Below, piece by piece: positions 51,401 through 64,000 of a stretch of 64,000 nucleotides of DNA. Location: the NCBI GenBank assembly GCA_964276515.1, contig OZ193909.1:17918001-17982000 (forward strand), in the 5' to 3' direction. The notes under the pieces are model-generated. The model did not search any database, was not told the DNA's origin, and saw nothing but the letters and a program-made list of their open reading frames with translations. The position numbers and the translations under genes were made by a program. Positions within the stretch are counted from its first letter, which is position 1. Each line of letters starts with the position of its first letter. This stretch comes from Gordius albopunctatus. Its lineage: Eukaryota.

Positions 51401-54400
51401 CTATTAAATACGCTATGTCTACTAGCACATAGTCACTTTAAGTGCTATAAGCTATAGGAGATGGGAGGTTTGAGGTGCTAGAGCTATAGGAGATGGGAGG
51501 TTTGAGGTGCTATGAGCTATAGGAGATGGGAGGTATGAGGTGCTATGTGCTATAGGAGATGGGAGGTTTGAGGTGCTATGTGCTATAGGAGATGGGAGTT
51601 TGAGGTGCTATGTGCTATAGGAGATGGGAGGTTTGAGGTGCTATGTGCTATAGGAGATGGGAGTTTGAGGTGCTATGTGCTATAGGAGATGGGAGTTTGA
51701 GGTGCTATGTGCTATAGGAGATGGGAGTTTGAGGTGCTATGTGCTATAGCCGATTGCACTTAAATGCGCTACTCCTATAGCACCGGCGCTAACACTGGGA
51801 ATAATTTTTTTAATTGTTTATTTTGTTTTTATTAAATATTAAAATACATCTGAATATAATTTTTTTGCCCTATCTTACCATCTAACTACGACTTATTTTA
51901 ATATAAATATTTAATTAAATGTATGACTTTAATTTTATTTTGCATTGCTTCTACATTTATTTTATCAATAAGTCGCCCCGCCCCCCTCTGAATGACGGAA
52001 AAAAAATTTTTCCAATGTAAAAAAACCCTTACAAATTAATAATTTTTTTTTATTTAGCCCCTCCCTAATTCAACTTTTATTTTAACCGTTTCCCCCCCCC
52101 CTTAATTCAAAACCTAGTTATGCCCTATGCCCATGTTTTTGAGAATAAAAAAATTAAACTCCCCCTTTCCTTAAGTTAATATGTTTCAATTAAAAGGAAA
52201 ACAATACTATTGAGTGAACTTTTATGCGTTTGCGTACTCAGACTCAGACAGTCTAAGTCTGAGCTGAGTCATAATTACCAAGAAAAGGTCACGGTTATCT
52301 CCAACTTCCTTAAACCAAATGCTATGCATGAATAGCTGGAAAGGAATCTACGTCAATAATTAACAAAATATTTGCCTGTTTTATTATATTTATCAATATA
52401 ACTAATATATATATAATGCGAAATGGTCGAAAATAAAGTTATCTTAGTTTGTGATTTTTAACGAGTGTGTTTTCATATAGACGTTGATAAAGATATCTCA
52501 CTTGGGAAATCTTTTATTATATTTCCCAAATGTAACATAAAATAAGTACTTTAACCGGCTGATATAAAACACATTGGATATATTACACTTAAAGATTAAA
52601 TTTGTTATTTAAGTCGGATTTATATTGGTTATTAATTAGTGACCAACCATAACCTTTTTTAAATATTCTTAACATAAGTTTTATGTTGAGGTGACCGGGG
52701 CTAGTCGTAGCCAGGTAAATAATTATTTTTCATAAAATTAATATTTTTATGTTGAGTTGAAGAAAAGGATAAAGATATTAAAGATGAGAGGGAAAAATTA
52801 ATTTTCTTTTTATCACTGACTGAATAAAAATAACATGCCATGAGTGAGTATGCGTACTCAGACTCTGAGTACGCATTAAAGTTCACTCTTCTTACTCTTA
52901 GGTTTTCCTTTTGATTGAAACATAATCGCCCTGATGGGATATGGATTAACTTAAGGGAAGGGGGAGTTTAATTTTTTTATTCTCAAAAACATGGGGTAGG
53001 GTAGGGCATAACTAGGTTTTGAATTAACCCCCCCCCCCCTCCCCGATTGAAAAAAAGTATTTTTTTAAATATTAAACATTTTGTTTAAAATTTATAATTT
53101 AAAATACTTAGCATAAATTACTTAGCAATTTGTAATTATTTACCTAGCAGTTAAATAACACCCTTTTTTAATTTTGTTTTTTCGAACAATATATTTTTAA
53201 TGGAAAATTGTTTATTAGATTACACACAAGTTCATATTAACTCTATTGTTTTCATTGAAATTATTCCCAGTGTTAGCGCCGGTGCTATAGGAGTAGCGCA
53301 TTTAAGTGCAATCGGCTATAGCACATAGCACCTCAAACTCCCATCTCCTATAGCACATAGCACCTCAAACTCCCATCTCCTATAGCACATAGCACCTCAA
53401 ACTCCCATCTCCTATAGCACATAGCACCTCAAACCTCCCATCTCCTATAGCACATAGCACCTCAAACTCCCATCTCCTATAGCACATAGCACCTCAAACC
53501 TCCCATCTCCTATAGCACATAGCACCTCATACCTCCCATCTCCTATAGCACATAGCACCTCAAACTCCCATCTCCTATAGCTTATAGCACCTCAAACCTC
53601 CCATCTCCTATAGATTATAGCACCTCAAACTCCCATCTCCTATAGCACATAGCACCTCAAACTCCCATCTCCTATAGCACATAGCACCTCAAACCTCCCA
53701 TCTCCTATAGCACATAGCACCTCATACCTCCCATCTCCTATATCACATAGCACCTCAAACTCCCATCTCCTATAGCTTATAGCACCTCAAACCTCCCATC
53801 TCCTATAGCTTATAGCACCTCAAACCTCCCATCTCCTATAGCTTATAGCACTTAAAGTGACTATGTGCTATAGCTTTAGCTCCTTAAAAACGCTATTTCC
53901 CCATCACTAGTAATTCTTAACACCATTTTATAACGAGTGCTAATAATCTATATCACCTAATACTTTATTAATTTTTAATTGCAATAAAACATTTTACAAT
54001 TATATTAATCTTTTCCATAAGACTACGAAGCAATGATAAATCATCCTGATAAGATGATATATTTGGACAAGAATTTAAAAGAGAATATTTTAAAGTTAGT
54101 TTCAGCCCAGAGCCCGATCCTAATTCAAACTACGCCTAAATTAAAGTTGTCGTGTTATTTGGTTTCCCCTACCAACAACCATAAAAGTGTTGAATACTCA
54201 ATTAAATGGCTGCTTTCTGGGCAACACCTTACAGGTACTATGGATAGCATTTGTATTTTATTTTGACCATAGATCACTTGATGCATGCCAAAACTCGACG
54301 CCGCTGCACCAACCTTCATTAATATTCCTAATGATCCCAGATGTTACCATAACGATTATAGTTAAACAGTTAAAAAAAGGATTCATTAAGTTTGTTGGCT

Positions 54401-56334
54401 GAAAATATTATTGATTTAATCTAGGAATGCTCTAAATTTCTTCTTTTTTAATTTTTAAACCATTGGAATATAGCCTTGCAAACGATTTTGTTAGCAATTT
54501 GCTATAGAATTTAAGAACGCACTATTCCGCAGCTTTTGAAAGGTATTGTAAATTATGTAAATACACATATAACCATTCAAATGCTTCCCTATTAACTCCA
54601 GTTTCTTAATTAAATTAATTTGGATATTTTTTTATCTTTCAAACTTACTTCAATAAATGTCTCAATAAATTTTATATATTGCCCGTTGTGGAATTTAATT
54701 TGATATGCACAAATGATTAGAAAATAAAAAAAATATATAATATTGTGTTTGGTTCATTTAATGGCATCTTATTAACAAAAGGCGTCAGAATCGGGTTGAA
54801 TCACTATAAGTTTAGTATACAGCGTCCTGGCAAAATTCAATGTGTAATACGGTTTGAAAATGTAGAATACAGATCGGAGGAAGCAGACGTTGTCATACTA
54901 GGTAGCTTATATAAAAATAATTTCTAAACGAATATATTTATTTTTATGATAGATGTGCCTAAAACAAATTTAAGCAACAAAGTTTATCCAAGCAGCGACT
55001 TACATGGAAACCTTACGTGTGTCACGGCACCCGATCTTCAACATCAACACTATAATGTGATATAATTAATTTTAAAAATGGCAAAGTTTTAAATTTTATA
55101 TAATAGATAAATTGGATAGAAACCAAGACGAAGAAAGAAGTATCTACAAGCAATGAGCTGATACTTAGTAACATTGATCCTAAAGAACAATCTTTCTACA
55201 CGTGTATAATAAAAAAACCTAAAGTTATTGATCATCAGTTAAAGCGTAATGATTGTCAAATAACCACGCAAACAATCAGCGTAAAAATCAAAGGTATCAA
55301 AAAATAACGCTTAATTTATAAACAAGTTTTTAGAGATTATAAAATATGTTATTTCTTAAGGTGATAACATTTGAATCTTTCCAAAATTAAAAAAGGGAGC
55401 TGTTAAAATGCAAAGAGTCGAACTCTTAGATTTATCATGTTTAACTACCTCTGCTGCATCTGCAAAGATTATTGGTTGTTTCAAAGACGCTAATTTGTAT
55501 AACCGGAATAAAACTCTGAATTTTGTTAATTTAACTCGTCAAGATGCTGGTTCCTATACTTGTTTGTTGGAGGATCAAAACAAAGTTCAGATCAAAGCCA
55601 CTGCTACAATATACGTATCCGGTATATAAAAGCTAATTTTATAATAAATTTTCTATATTCTCGTTTAATATTTATAAAACACTTAAAAGGATATCCATAT
55701 TGAGGTCCCTCGGCTACAGATAAATGAATACGAATCAATTAACTTTAAGTGTTATATTACTATTCAACCTCTGACCGAAGTTTACTATGACACGGTATTA
55801 TTACATATACAATTTAATAGATGCAATTTCATTTGCACATTTTTTTATCCATTCCCTTTCATGAATTAAATCCAACCATAAAACTTAATCATAAAAATAG
55901 ATTTAATATTAGGCTATCATTTAAATTAATAAAAAAATATATCAGCATTTTAACAAACATAGGTTCCACACTTATAAATTATATTACATTTTTTAGATAT
56001 TGTGGTACAGAAATGGGGTATTATTTGACGAAGGTACGAGTCTAAGAAGTGAAATAAAATCGGCAGATTGTTGAGAAACTTGGTTTTATATGTGTCGTGT
56101 TATAGCTAGAATTGGTTTTAGCGATCTGGGAGAAAATGTGGAGCTAGTTTCAGAAACCATTTTCATCGAAGTTATAAACTGTAAGGATTATAAGGTCAAT
56201 TTCATAGCCTTTTTTAGGTGGAAAAAATATTTAATTGTATCCATCCCCAACTTACTTATAGTATTCTATTTGTCGATGTTTATTACAATATTTGCAATTG
56301 TCGGAGGATATATGCTGCTAACACATAAACTTAG
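48482..56334 (+). pseudogene. Decayed exons of a type I membrane protein: unassigned extracellular exons, ~3-4 Ig-like domains, transmembrane helix
   Basis: Ig motifs LTC...INW...LILSNI...FYTC, LSC...DAGSYTC and FKC...ILWYRNG...YMC. TM segment YLIVSIPNLLIVFYLSMFITIFAIVGGYMLL. In-frame TGA at 55372 and 56072. Probably the same gene as 42607-43762. Confidence 0.65.
51341..53909. mobile_element. Foldback-type hAT element, 2569 bp, with long inverted arms of 32-33-bp tandem repeats
   Basis: Termini TAGTGGTGGG/CCCATCACTA. Perfect TSD GTAATTCT (51333-51340, 53910-53917). 9 left and 16 right units of GCTATAGGAGATGGGAG(G)TTTGAGGTGCTATGT. Second inner IR at ~52100-52245 / ~52850-53030. Confidence 0.9.
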
Positions 56335-56803
56335 GTAGGTGTAAATATAATTTAACTTTGAATTAATTCAATTAGTCCTGGTGATATAAATTAATTAATT
56401 AATTGGGAAACGAAAAATTCACCTAAAATCTATCTTTATCAGAGCTTCCAAAACAAACCCCAGCCACCAAAATTAATTTTGATTAAGAAAAGTTTAAAAT
56501 AAAGTTTAAAAAAAATTTTAAATAATTATTCCGCAAATTCTATATTTTACACTTTATAACTTGTACCGTATTATTTTATATAGAAAACTTGTCCCTTATC
56601 TACCCTTGAGAATTTTGTAAATAATATGTACAATTTTGTATATTGAATAGGATACTGCACTATCTCGAATTGTAATAACTCTAAAAGCCTCGAGACTAGA
56701 GGCCAATGCATAAGCCTCATGCTCTAAGCCCTTACCCAACGAAATAAAAATTGACAATGTTGCTAATAATATCCCTTTATAAATTTTTCATAGTTTTAAT
56801 AAA

Positions 56804-59800
56804 TATAATATGATAGTTTATTCGAATTTGAAAATACGCGATTCGATGACAGGAAATTTCATAACAACCAAAATTACATTTCGCTACAAAACACACTTGT
56901 TACATCATACATTTTTGTTACATAACACAATCGTTACATCTCTCCCCGTTTAACCAGCTTTAAATCTCTTTAATTAATCTCCGCGGTGGCTTCCTTGGTC
57001 TATTTCCTCTTCTTAAGTTTCCATCATCTTTATCTTCCGGTATGTTAATATCTACCGGCAATAGTTCTTCCCGTATTGACTCTCCAGGTTCTGGTCTTGA
57101 TACCTCTTGATCATCTGTTTTTGATATCTTTTGATCATAAACTACCTCCTCCACTTCAAATGATGCATCATTTACAACCGGGCAAGCCGAATTTCTCTCT
57201 TCAACTACCTCCTCTTCTCTTTTTCTCAATTGGTCCGCCTGTTTGCGCACGACTTTATTGTTACTTTCAACGCTATAGGACAATAACCCATTCCTAGCGA
57301 GTACTTTTCCTTCCCGCCATCCTGGTGCCAATTCATTTTTTACCCAGACTAATTCATTTATTTCAAAGTTTCGTGGACGTGTCGTCATTTCGTGGTGAAA
57401 GGCTTGTTTTTTAATTTTGTGTTCCATAATGGTTTGGGGACTTGGTCGGGACCAATCAAGCATTGTCCGATTCCTCCGTCCGAAAAGCATCTAGGATGGC
57501 GACCTACCTGTTGAGTTATGTTCACAAACCCTGTATGTTGATAAAATTTCGTTCATACACTCCTCCGGATCGTTGATGTCTTCTCTGGTGGCCAAGTAAC
57601 GGCTTTTTAGTGTTCTAATACATCTCTATGCACAACCATTCGTCTTGGGATGGTACGGAGAGGTCAGAATATGCACTATATTATAATTCTTGCAGAATTG
57701 CCTAAACTCCACGGAAGTAAACTGAGGTCCATTATCGCTGAATATTTGACGTGGAACACCAAATCGAGCAAACCATCCTATTAGTTTTTATCAATATTTT
57801 AGAATATGTATTCCTAAGGAGTTCCACTTCAATCCACTTTGAATAGGAGTCAATACCGACAAACCAGTAATAGGAGTCCATCGGTCCTGCTAGATCTATA
57901 TGTAATAGTTCCTAAGGCGTGTTCGTTACGTTCCACGAATATAATGGAACTTCAGAAATATTTATGCGGTTCCTTTGACAATTACCACAATTCGCAATAA
58001 ATTTACTAATGTCTACGTCCAAACCTGGCCAGTAAACATAATATCTACTAATATATTTCATTGCGTGAATCCCAGGGTGTCCTCTATGCAAAATATTTAA
58101 TAACGATTTACGTAGTGTCTTTGGTATGACTATTCGACCGTTCCATTGTATGATACCCTTATCCGAACATAATTCACTTTTCCTATTGAAATACGGTAAT
58201 ACATCTTCGCCGACGGCATTTTTGTTTACATTCCAACTTTGATCTATATATATTAAGACTTTCTTGAGCGTGCTATCACCAAGAGTTTCCTTCGCGATTG
58301 TTTTTTCCGACACCTGTAAGTCTTCTAGCGTAATTGACTTTAGGCAGGTAAAATTTTTTCCATCTTCCGATAGCCCCTCGTTAATTTGCGATAAGGGTAG
58401 TCGCGATAAGGCATCTGCAACGCAATTTTCTTTCCCAGGTCGATATTCTAAACTATAATCATAGGCAGACAACTTCCACGACCACCTTATTAATCGATTG
58501 TTGCCAATTTTTGAGATATCCTGATATCCGCCAAATAGCCGCTCCAAAGGTTTGTGGTCTGTACGCAAGGTAAACTTCCTTCCAAATATATAGGCGTGGA
58601 ACTTTTCACAGCCAAACAACAATGCCCTTACATCTTTGTCAATCGAGGCATAGTTTTTTTCTGATTTTGAAAGAGTCCTTGACGCGTAAGTAATCGGTTT
58701 TTCCAACCCGTTGGAAAGTTGGTGCATTAAAACGGCTCCGAATCCATCATTTGAAGCGTCGCAATCAAGGATTACAGGTAAATCCATTGAATAGGGAATA
58801 ACAGTGTCTTTATGAGTTAAAATTGTCTTAACTTTTTTATAGACAGCGTCTTCTATTGGTGTCCAAGTCCACTTACACTTTGAACTTGTCAATCGATGTA
58901 GCGGAGCGCATATACTATGAAGATGGTGAATAAACTTCTCATAGAAATTTATCAGGCCCAAAAAAGCCCTTAATTGCTGTACGTTTTGCGGAATCGGTGC
59001 CTCTCGTATTGCTCGAATTTTCTCCGGCATTGGGTGTATGCCAAATTTGTCTATACGAAATCCCAAAAAAGTCACAGACTCTTCTAAGAATTTAACTTTC
59101 GCCAACTTTGCTTTTAATCCGGCATTATTCAGTCTCGATAATACCACTGTTAAATTGCGGAAATGCTCCTCATCGTTCTCACCCGTCACTATCACATCAT
59201 CTAGGTACACTCCCTCTTTTTGCAATCCTTCAGCAAGTCGTCCATATATCTCTGGAATAGTATTGGTGCTGAGGCGAGTCCAAACGGCAACCGTTTGTAG
59301 CGATAATAGCCCACATGTGTATTGATGATTAGAAAATTTTGGGATTGCTCATCCACCCTCATTTGTAGGTATGCATCCTTTAGGTCGATCGTCGTAAACT
59401 TTTTTCCCCCGGATATTTTTGCCACAATATCATCAAATGTGGGTAAGATGTGGTAGTCTTTAAGAAGAAAAGGGTTCAATGTGACCCTAAAATCCCCACA
59501 AATACGAATATCCCCATTATTTTTCCTAACGTATACCGTTGGTGTCGCCCATTCAACCCGACAATTAGAAGGTTCGACTTTTTCGATTATATCCGCCGCC
59601 AAGAGTCTATCTAATTTCTTTTCTATCGGGTCCCGTAATGGAAAGGGCACCCGACAGGCCGGCAGAACCTTCCTACTAGCTGAAGATTCAACGTTTATAC
59701 GAACTGAACAACCATTTATGACTCCCGGTCGATCATCAAAAATTCCGGCAAATTTCTTTATTAGATTATCAATTTTGGTACTCGAGTTTTGATTTAAAAT

Positions 59801-61114
59801 AGTTACTGATTGTTGAACCTTAGAAATTTTGACACATTTCGGGATGTACAGTCCAAAATTTAATATCCAAGGCAAGCCAAATAAGGGTGTATCAGATTTT
59901 TTTGTCACGACGACAGGTAGTAATTTGCTCTTATTGCCTAGCCCCACTTTAACGCTTGTTTCGCCGATTACATCTAATTTTTGATGGCCATACCCCGTAA
60001 AATTATGCGTTGGCCTTAATTTAGGTTTTCCTATGTGATTCCAAATTTCCTCATTTATTACCGACACCTGAGCGCCGGTGTCATATTCAAAACGGAATGG
60101 CACATCATTTAACGTGGCAGTAATCGTTGCTCTGTTACGGTAATTTCTTTTAATTGAATTGATAGAAGTAGTTTCGCCAACCTCTTCCTCACAATCATCA
60201 AAAACTTGGTTGACCCTCTTATTCTTACATGCTCGCGAAAAGTGCCCCATCTTATTGCAATTATAACACTTTGCCGTAGCTGCCGCGCAGTGTGTGACCG
60301 ACCACAACGAAAACATTTAGAGGCGGTACGGTTAGAATCGGTCTGGCCCTTACTAACACTTGCACCATTACGGTTATCCCTTATTCGATTTATATTCAAG
60401 GAATTAACCTCGTTCTCTGCCGTCTCCCATGCTAAAGCCATATCCAAAATTTTATCAAAAGTTAAGCTTTTACCTGTTTCGTCAAGCATCCTAGGATATT
60501 TATTCCGAATTTCGACCTCCAACTTCGGGAATCGAATTCCTGCTACGAATTGGTCCCGAAGCGCTCTTCAACATCATTATTAAACTGTGCCGCTTGTGCC
60601 GTTTCCTTCAATCGTTTCGTAAATCCTAACACCGACTCGCCTTCTGACCTCATAAGGCGAATAAACTCTAATCGTGAAGCCATCGTACTAGGTCTAGGTT
60701 TAAAAATGGTCTTACATGTTTCGATGATCTTCTCACAATCCACGTTTTCGATTTTCCGGGGAAATAAGTAATTTTTTACTTGGATCACATTCTGAATTCC
60801 AAAATACGCGAGGAATAATTTTTTGTTGATCTGCTTCAATGCATCTCCCGTTGCGCATATTCCTTTGGCTATTAGCATATATTCCATATTTTCTAAGTAT
60901 TCTTCTATTGGAATATCCGTGGAATAAGGTAGGAGTATAATTTTTGAAATATCCACTTCGTTCTTCATAGAATTTTCTGTCTTTATTGTAGATTCCATTT
61001 TCGTCGCCAGATATAGCGATATGATAGTTTATTCGAATTTGAAAATACGCGATTCGATGACAGGAAATTTCATAACAACCAAAATTACATTTCGTTACAA
61101 AACACACTTGTTAC
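56804..61114 (-). mobile_element. Ty3/Gypsy LTR retrotransposon, Mag-like, frameshifted
   Basis: Gag with two CCHC knuckles, protease (YDTGAQVS), RT (DLKDAY, YLDD), RNase H (DAS, TDHKPL) and integrase (H..H..C..C, SDNGPQF). LTRs at 56804-56938 and 61012-61114. PBS TGGCGACGA at 61001-61009. PPT AAACGGGGAGAGA at 56939-56951. Confidence 0.95.
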
Positions 61115-61480
61115 CATAGACTAATAAAACTATAGACTGCCGAACAGTCGAGAATTTTTAATTAAGGGTGGAGGTGAAATGTTTATAATGTTAATATCAT
61201 AGTTGTTCATGTCTTCTTCATCATTGTATTCTTCATTTAGCTGACAGAAACTTGCATCGGCAATGCGAGTATAATCCTGGGGAGAACAATTACCAGAGTA
61301 GGGGTAATAAATTTTAGTTATAAAAATTTTGTTCAAACATTGACGTAATTGGGTCGCCGATGGATTGTTGTTATTGTAGCCTCGGGCCCTGATTAAGCCA
61401 AAAAAAACTGATAGTATAGATTGTAAAATATTTAAATGTGTTTTTATAGTCAAATTTCTCGCTCGTGTAAAAAACACTAA
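61115..61480 (-). mobile_element. P-element/THAP9-like transposase remnant with a CATAGA-type terminus
   Basis: ORF 61130-61477 reads FFGLIRARGYNNNNPSATQLRQ...GNC, resembling the FF..IR..GG.N.NP...F and GNC motifs of P transposases. The terminus CATAGACTAATAA abuts the truncated LTR. Confidence 0.7.
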
Positions 61481-61618
61481 AACTTTTTATTCCCCTTAAT
61501 TCTTGCAAATAATTCAGTTGTAACTTATTAATTATTTCTGCTTCGTGCGATTTTTATTCCCCCATTCATGCGATGTAAGTTTCATCACGGCAAAACGCCC
61601 GGACATATGACTCGTGCC

Positions 61619-61653
61619 TATATAAACGGGCACCACGTCGCCATTTTTCATTC
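61619..61653 (+). promoter_or_regulatory. Candidate TATA + Inr core promoter of alpha-SNAP
   Basis: TATATAAA at 61619 lies 31 nt upstream of the A (61650) of Inr-like TCATTC. YY1-like CGCCATTTT at 61639. Likely 5'-UTR intron acceptor at 62287. Confidence 0.55.
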
Positions 61654-62332
61654 GCTCTTTTTTTCTTGTTCCCACGCGTTTACGCATTCTGTCCCGCTTT
61701 TTACCATTCGATTACTTACTCGCAAAATTTTCGCTTTTTATGACATGCTTGTAGTAGTATTAGTAGTAATAAACGGCCCTGGTGAAACAACTGCCTAACC
61801 AGGGAATCTGGGAACAGATGGGGATGAATTTATTCATATTAAGTGTAAAAACGTTGATGCAAAAAATAAAGCTATATAGATATTGTCAATCCATTAAATG
61901 ATTTAAAGATTTGGTAATTACACGTTAAAATTTTTTAATTTTTGTAAAAATTATATAAAGAGTCACCTTTTGTTTTAATTAAACTATTAAAATATCTTAA
62001 CCTAAATACTAAGAGAAAGAATTCATAGTCTTGGAGAAAAAAGCTTTAAATTTTACTAGAAAATTTGTTTTTAGAAATCTATGTGACCCATCTGTACACA
62101 TAATAAGACAATGCTTTCCCAAATTTTTATAATATCTACTATAATTATTTCTCGTTTATGATAGATAATCTTAAAAGAACTTTTAAAACTCTTTATCTTG
62201 AATAAAATCTAGTTTTATTATGATTTATTATAAATATACTAGAGTTGTTTGTACAAATAGTTTATGGTTTTTTGTTTTTATACTTAGGTCATATGATTTT
62301 TACACATATGACGTTTACCTAATGTATTAATA

Positions 62333-63567
62333 ATGGGAGATAGCGAACAAAAAGCCCAAAGTTTTTTAGCAGAAGGTGAGAAGAAATGCAAATCTTCAAA
62401 GGGATTTTTAAGTGCCGTTTTTGGGTAAATTATCAAATATTTAATTATTTCATTTGATATTTAGTAAGGAATCGGGCTTAGAATCAGCATGTGAATGCTT
62501 TGAAAGGGCTGCAAATAATTTTAAAATTGCTAAGAATTGGTCAGGTAAAGTATTTAACAGTCTGAGCTTAATTAATTAATAGCTGCTGGAGGTGCATTTG
62601 TAAAAGCCGCCGAGGTGCATGCTCATTTGGGAAACAAGCATGATACTGCAAATAAATATTATGAAGCAGCTAATTGTTATAAGAAATCAGACCCACATGG
62701 TGATTTTAGTTCAATATTGAATATAATAATTTTAGAGGCTGTTAAATGTTTGCTTAAAGCAATTGAGATATATACTGATCTTGGAAGATTTTCTATAGCT
62801 GCCAAACATCATGCAACTTTGGCAGAAATATATGATTCTGAACTTAAAGATATTGATAAAGCAATACAGCATTATGAGCAGGCTTCAGATTATTTTAAAG
62901 GTGAAGAGTCTAATAGGTATATTCTTAGGTTTGATTAAAATTCATTGCTTTTAGTGCAGCAAACAAATATTCTCTTATTGTTGCAGGACATGAGGCTGAA
63001 AGAGAAAATTATAATAAAGCTATAAAAATATATGAACAGGTAATGACAGTAGATTAACTTTTTTGTTAATAGATATCTTAATAAAGTTCTTGCTTTATTA
63101 TAAATTGAATCTAACTTATTACTATATTGAATTAAAGGTTGCGACAAATGCCATGGACAACTCCCTTCTTAAATACAGTGTTAAGGACCATTTTTTCAAA
63201 GCTGCCCTTTGTCACCTTCTCATTGATACCCTGAATGGACAGCAAGCTATAGAACGTTATGAACAATTATTTCCATCTTTTTCTGATTCTAGGGAATGCA
63301 AATTACTCAAGGTTTTATATTTATTAAACTGAATTATATGCTTTTTGATCTATAATTTGCCTTAATTCCTTTTCATATTTGAAATGTATATATTCCTGTT
63401 GTATTACATAACCTTAGAATTTAGCTCAAAATTTGGAGGATCAAAATTTGGAAGGTTTTACTGAGGCAGTTAAAAATTATGACTCTATGTCACGATTGGA
63501 TTCTTGGACTACAACCATGCTGCTTAGGCTAAAAAAATCTATAGCAGATGAAGGAGATTTGCGATAG
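62333..63567 (+). CDS. NAPA: Alpha-soluble NSF attachment protein, 7 exons (62333-62424, 62465-62544, 62583-62699, 62736-62916, 62955-63039, 63138-63311, 63418-63567), 292 aa
   Basis: [63 protein letters not shown]...DLR. All introns are GT-AG and in phase. Confidence 0.96.
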
Positions 63568-64000
63568 CCAAGTTTTATAACGCAGAATTTATGGACCAAA
63601 TTATGTATAAATTTTGTGCTCTTAGACTTATAGTAAATTGATGCATTCAAAAGCTTTAATTTATATTTCTTTAACTTCCAATATGTGTATGTGATATGCG
63701 TTAGTTGTCATTGATTCTTACATATGTATTTATGTTGTTTTATTAAAAAGTTATTTAATATGCCATAATGATTTGTAATTTATCTTTTTAAAATTGCCTG
63801 TGTTTGGAAGAGATAAGGAGTTTTGTGACAAATAACTAACAATGTTTACTTTTAGATAACACAAAAGATAACTTCAAGATATTTTTAGGAAAAAGTAATT
63901 ATGCTAATTATTCAATATTTGGTCAGTCTAAATTTATCAAGTTTTAGCAAATTAATTTATTTGCGCATGTTTTTATGTAGCATTATATAGCTGCACCACT

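Noticed and set aside
51451..51743. Regular 32-33-bp repeats resembling a CRISPR array
   Set aside because: The units are head-to-tail with no unique spacers, the context is eukaryotic, and they are part of a foldback transposon.
55372..56074. In-frame TGA codons as selenocysteine or read-through recoding
   Set aside because: The same locus also has TAA, a frameshift and a lost acceptor, and TGA terminates protease A normally.

Overview
AT-rich animal (invertebrate-like) nuclear DNA with very short introns (36-44 nt in several genes) and a heavy transposon load. Intact host genes reconstructed by hand: two trypsin-family serine proteases (8438-11180 +, 35824-39345 +), sepiapterin reductase (22071-23372 -), an 11-exon orphan gene (26036-33797 -) and alpha-SNAP (62333-63567 +). 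Decayed genes: an inverted partial copy of the first protease (458-4448 -) and an EB/EGF-like + Ig + TM receptor-like locus (42.6-56.3 kb +). Mobile DNA: two near-identical Helentron/DINE-like satellite-carrying elements, two CRE-type (RT + restriction-like endonuclease) LINEs, RTE LINEs, a Mag-like Gypsy LTR element, a P-element transposase remnant, and at least six hAT-type non-autonomous elements with 8-bp TSDs, one of them a 2.6-kb foldback. The most striking signal is a twister self-cleaving ribozyme with compensatory base changes at the extreme 5' end of the RTE at 16029-19101. The insertion begins at the U/A cleavage site and lacks the upstream P1 strand, as expected if the self-cleaved RNA was the template. 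All calls were made by eye without database searches.
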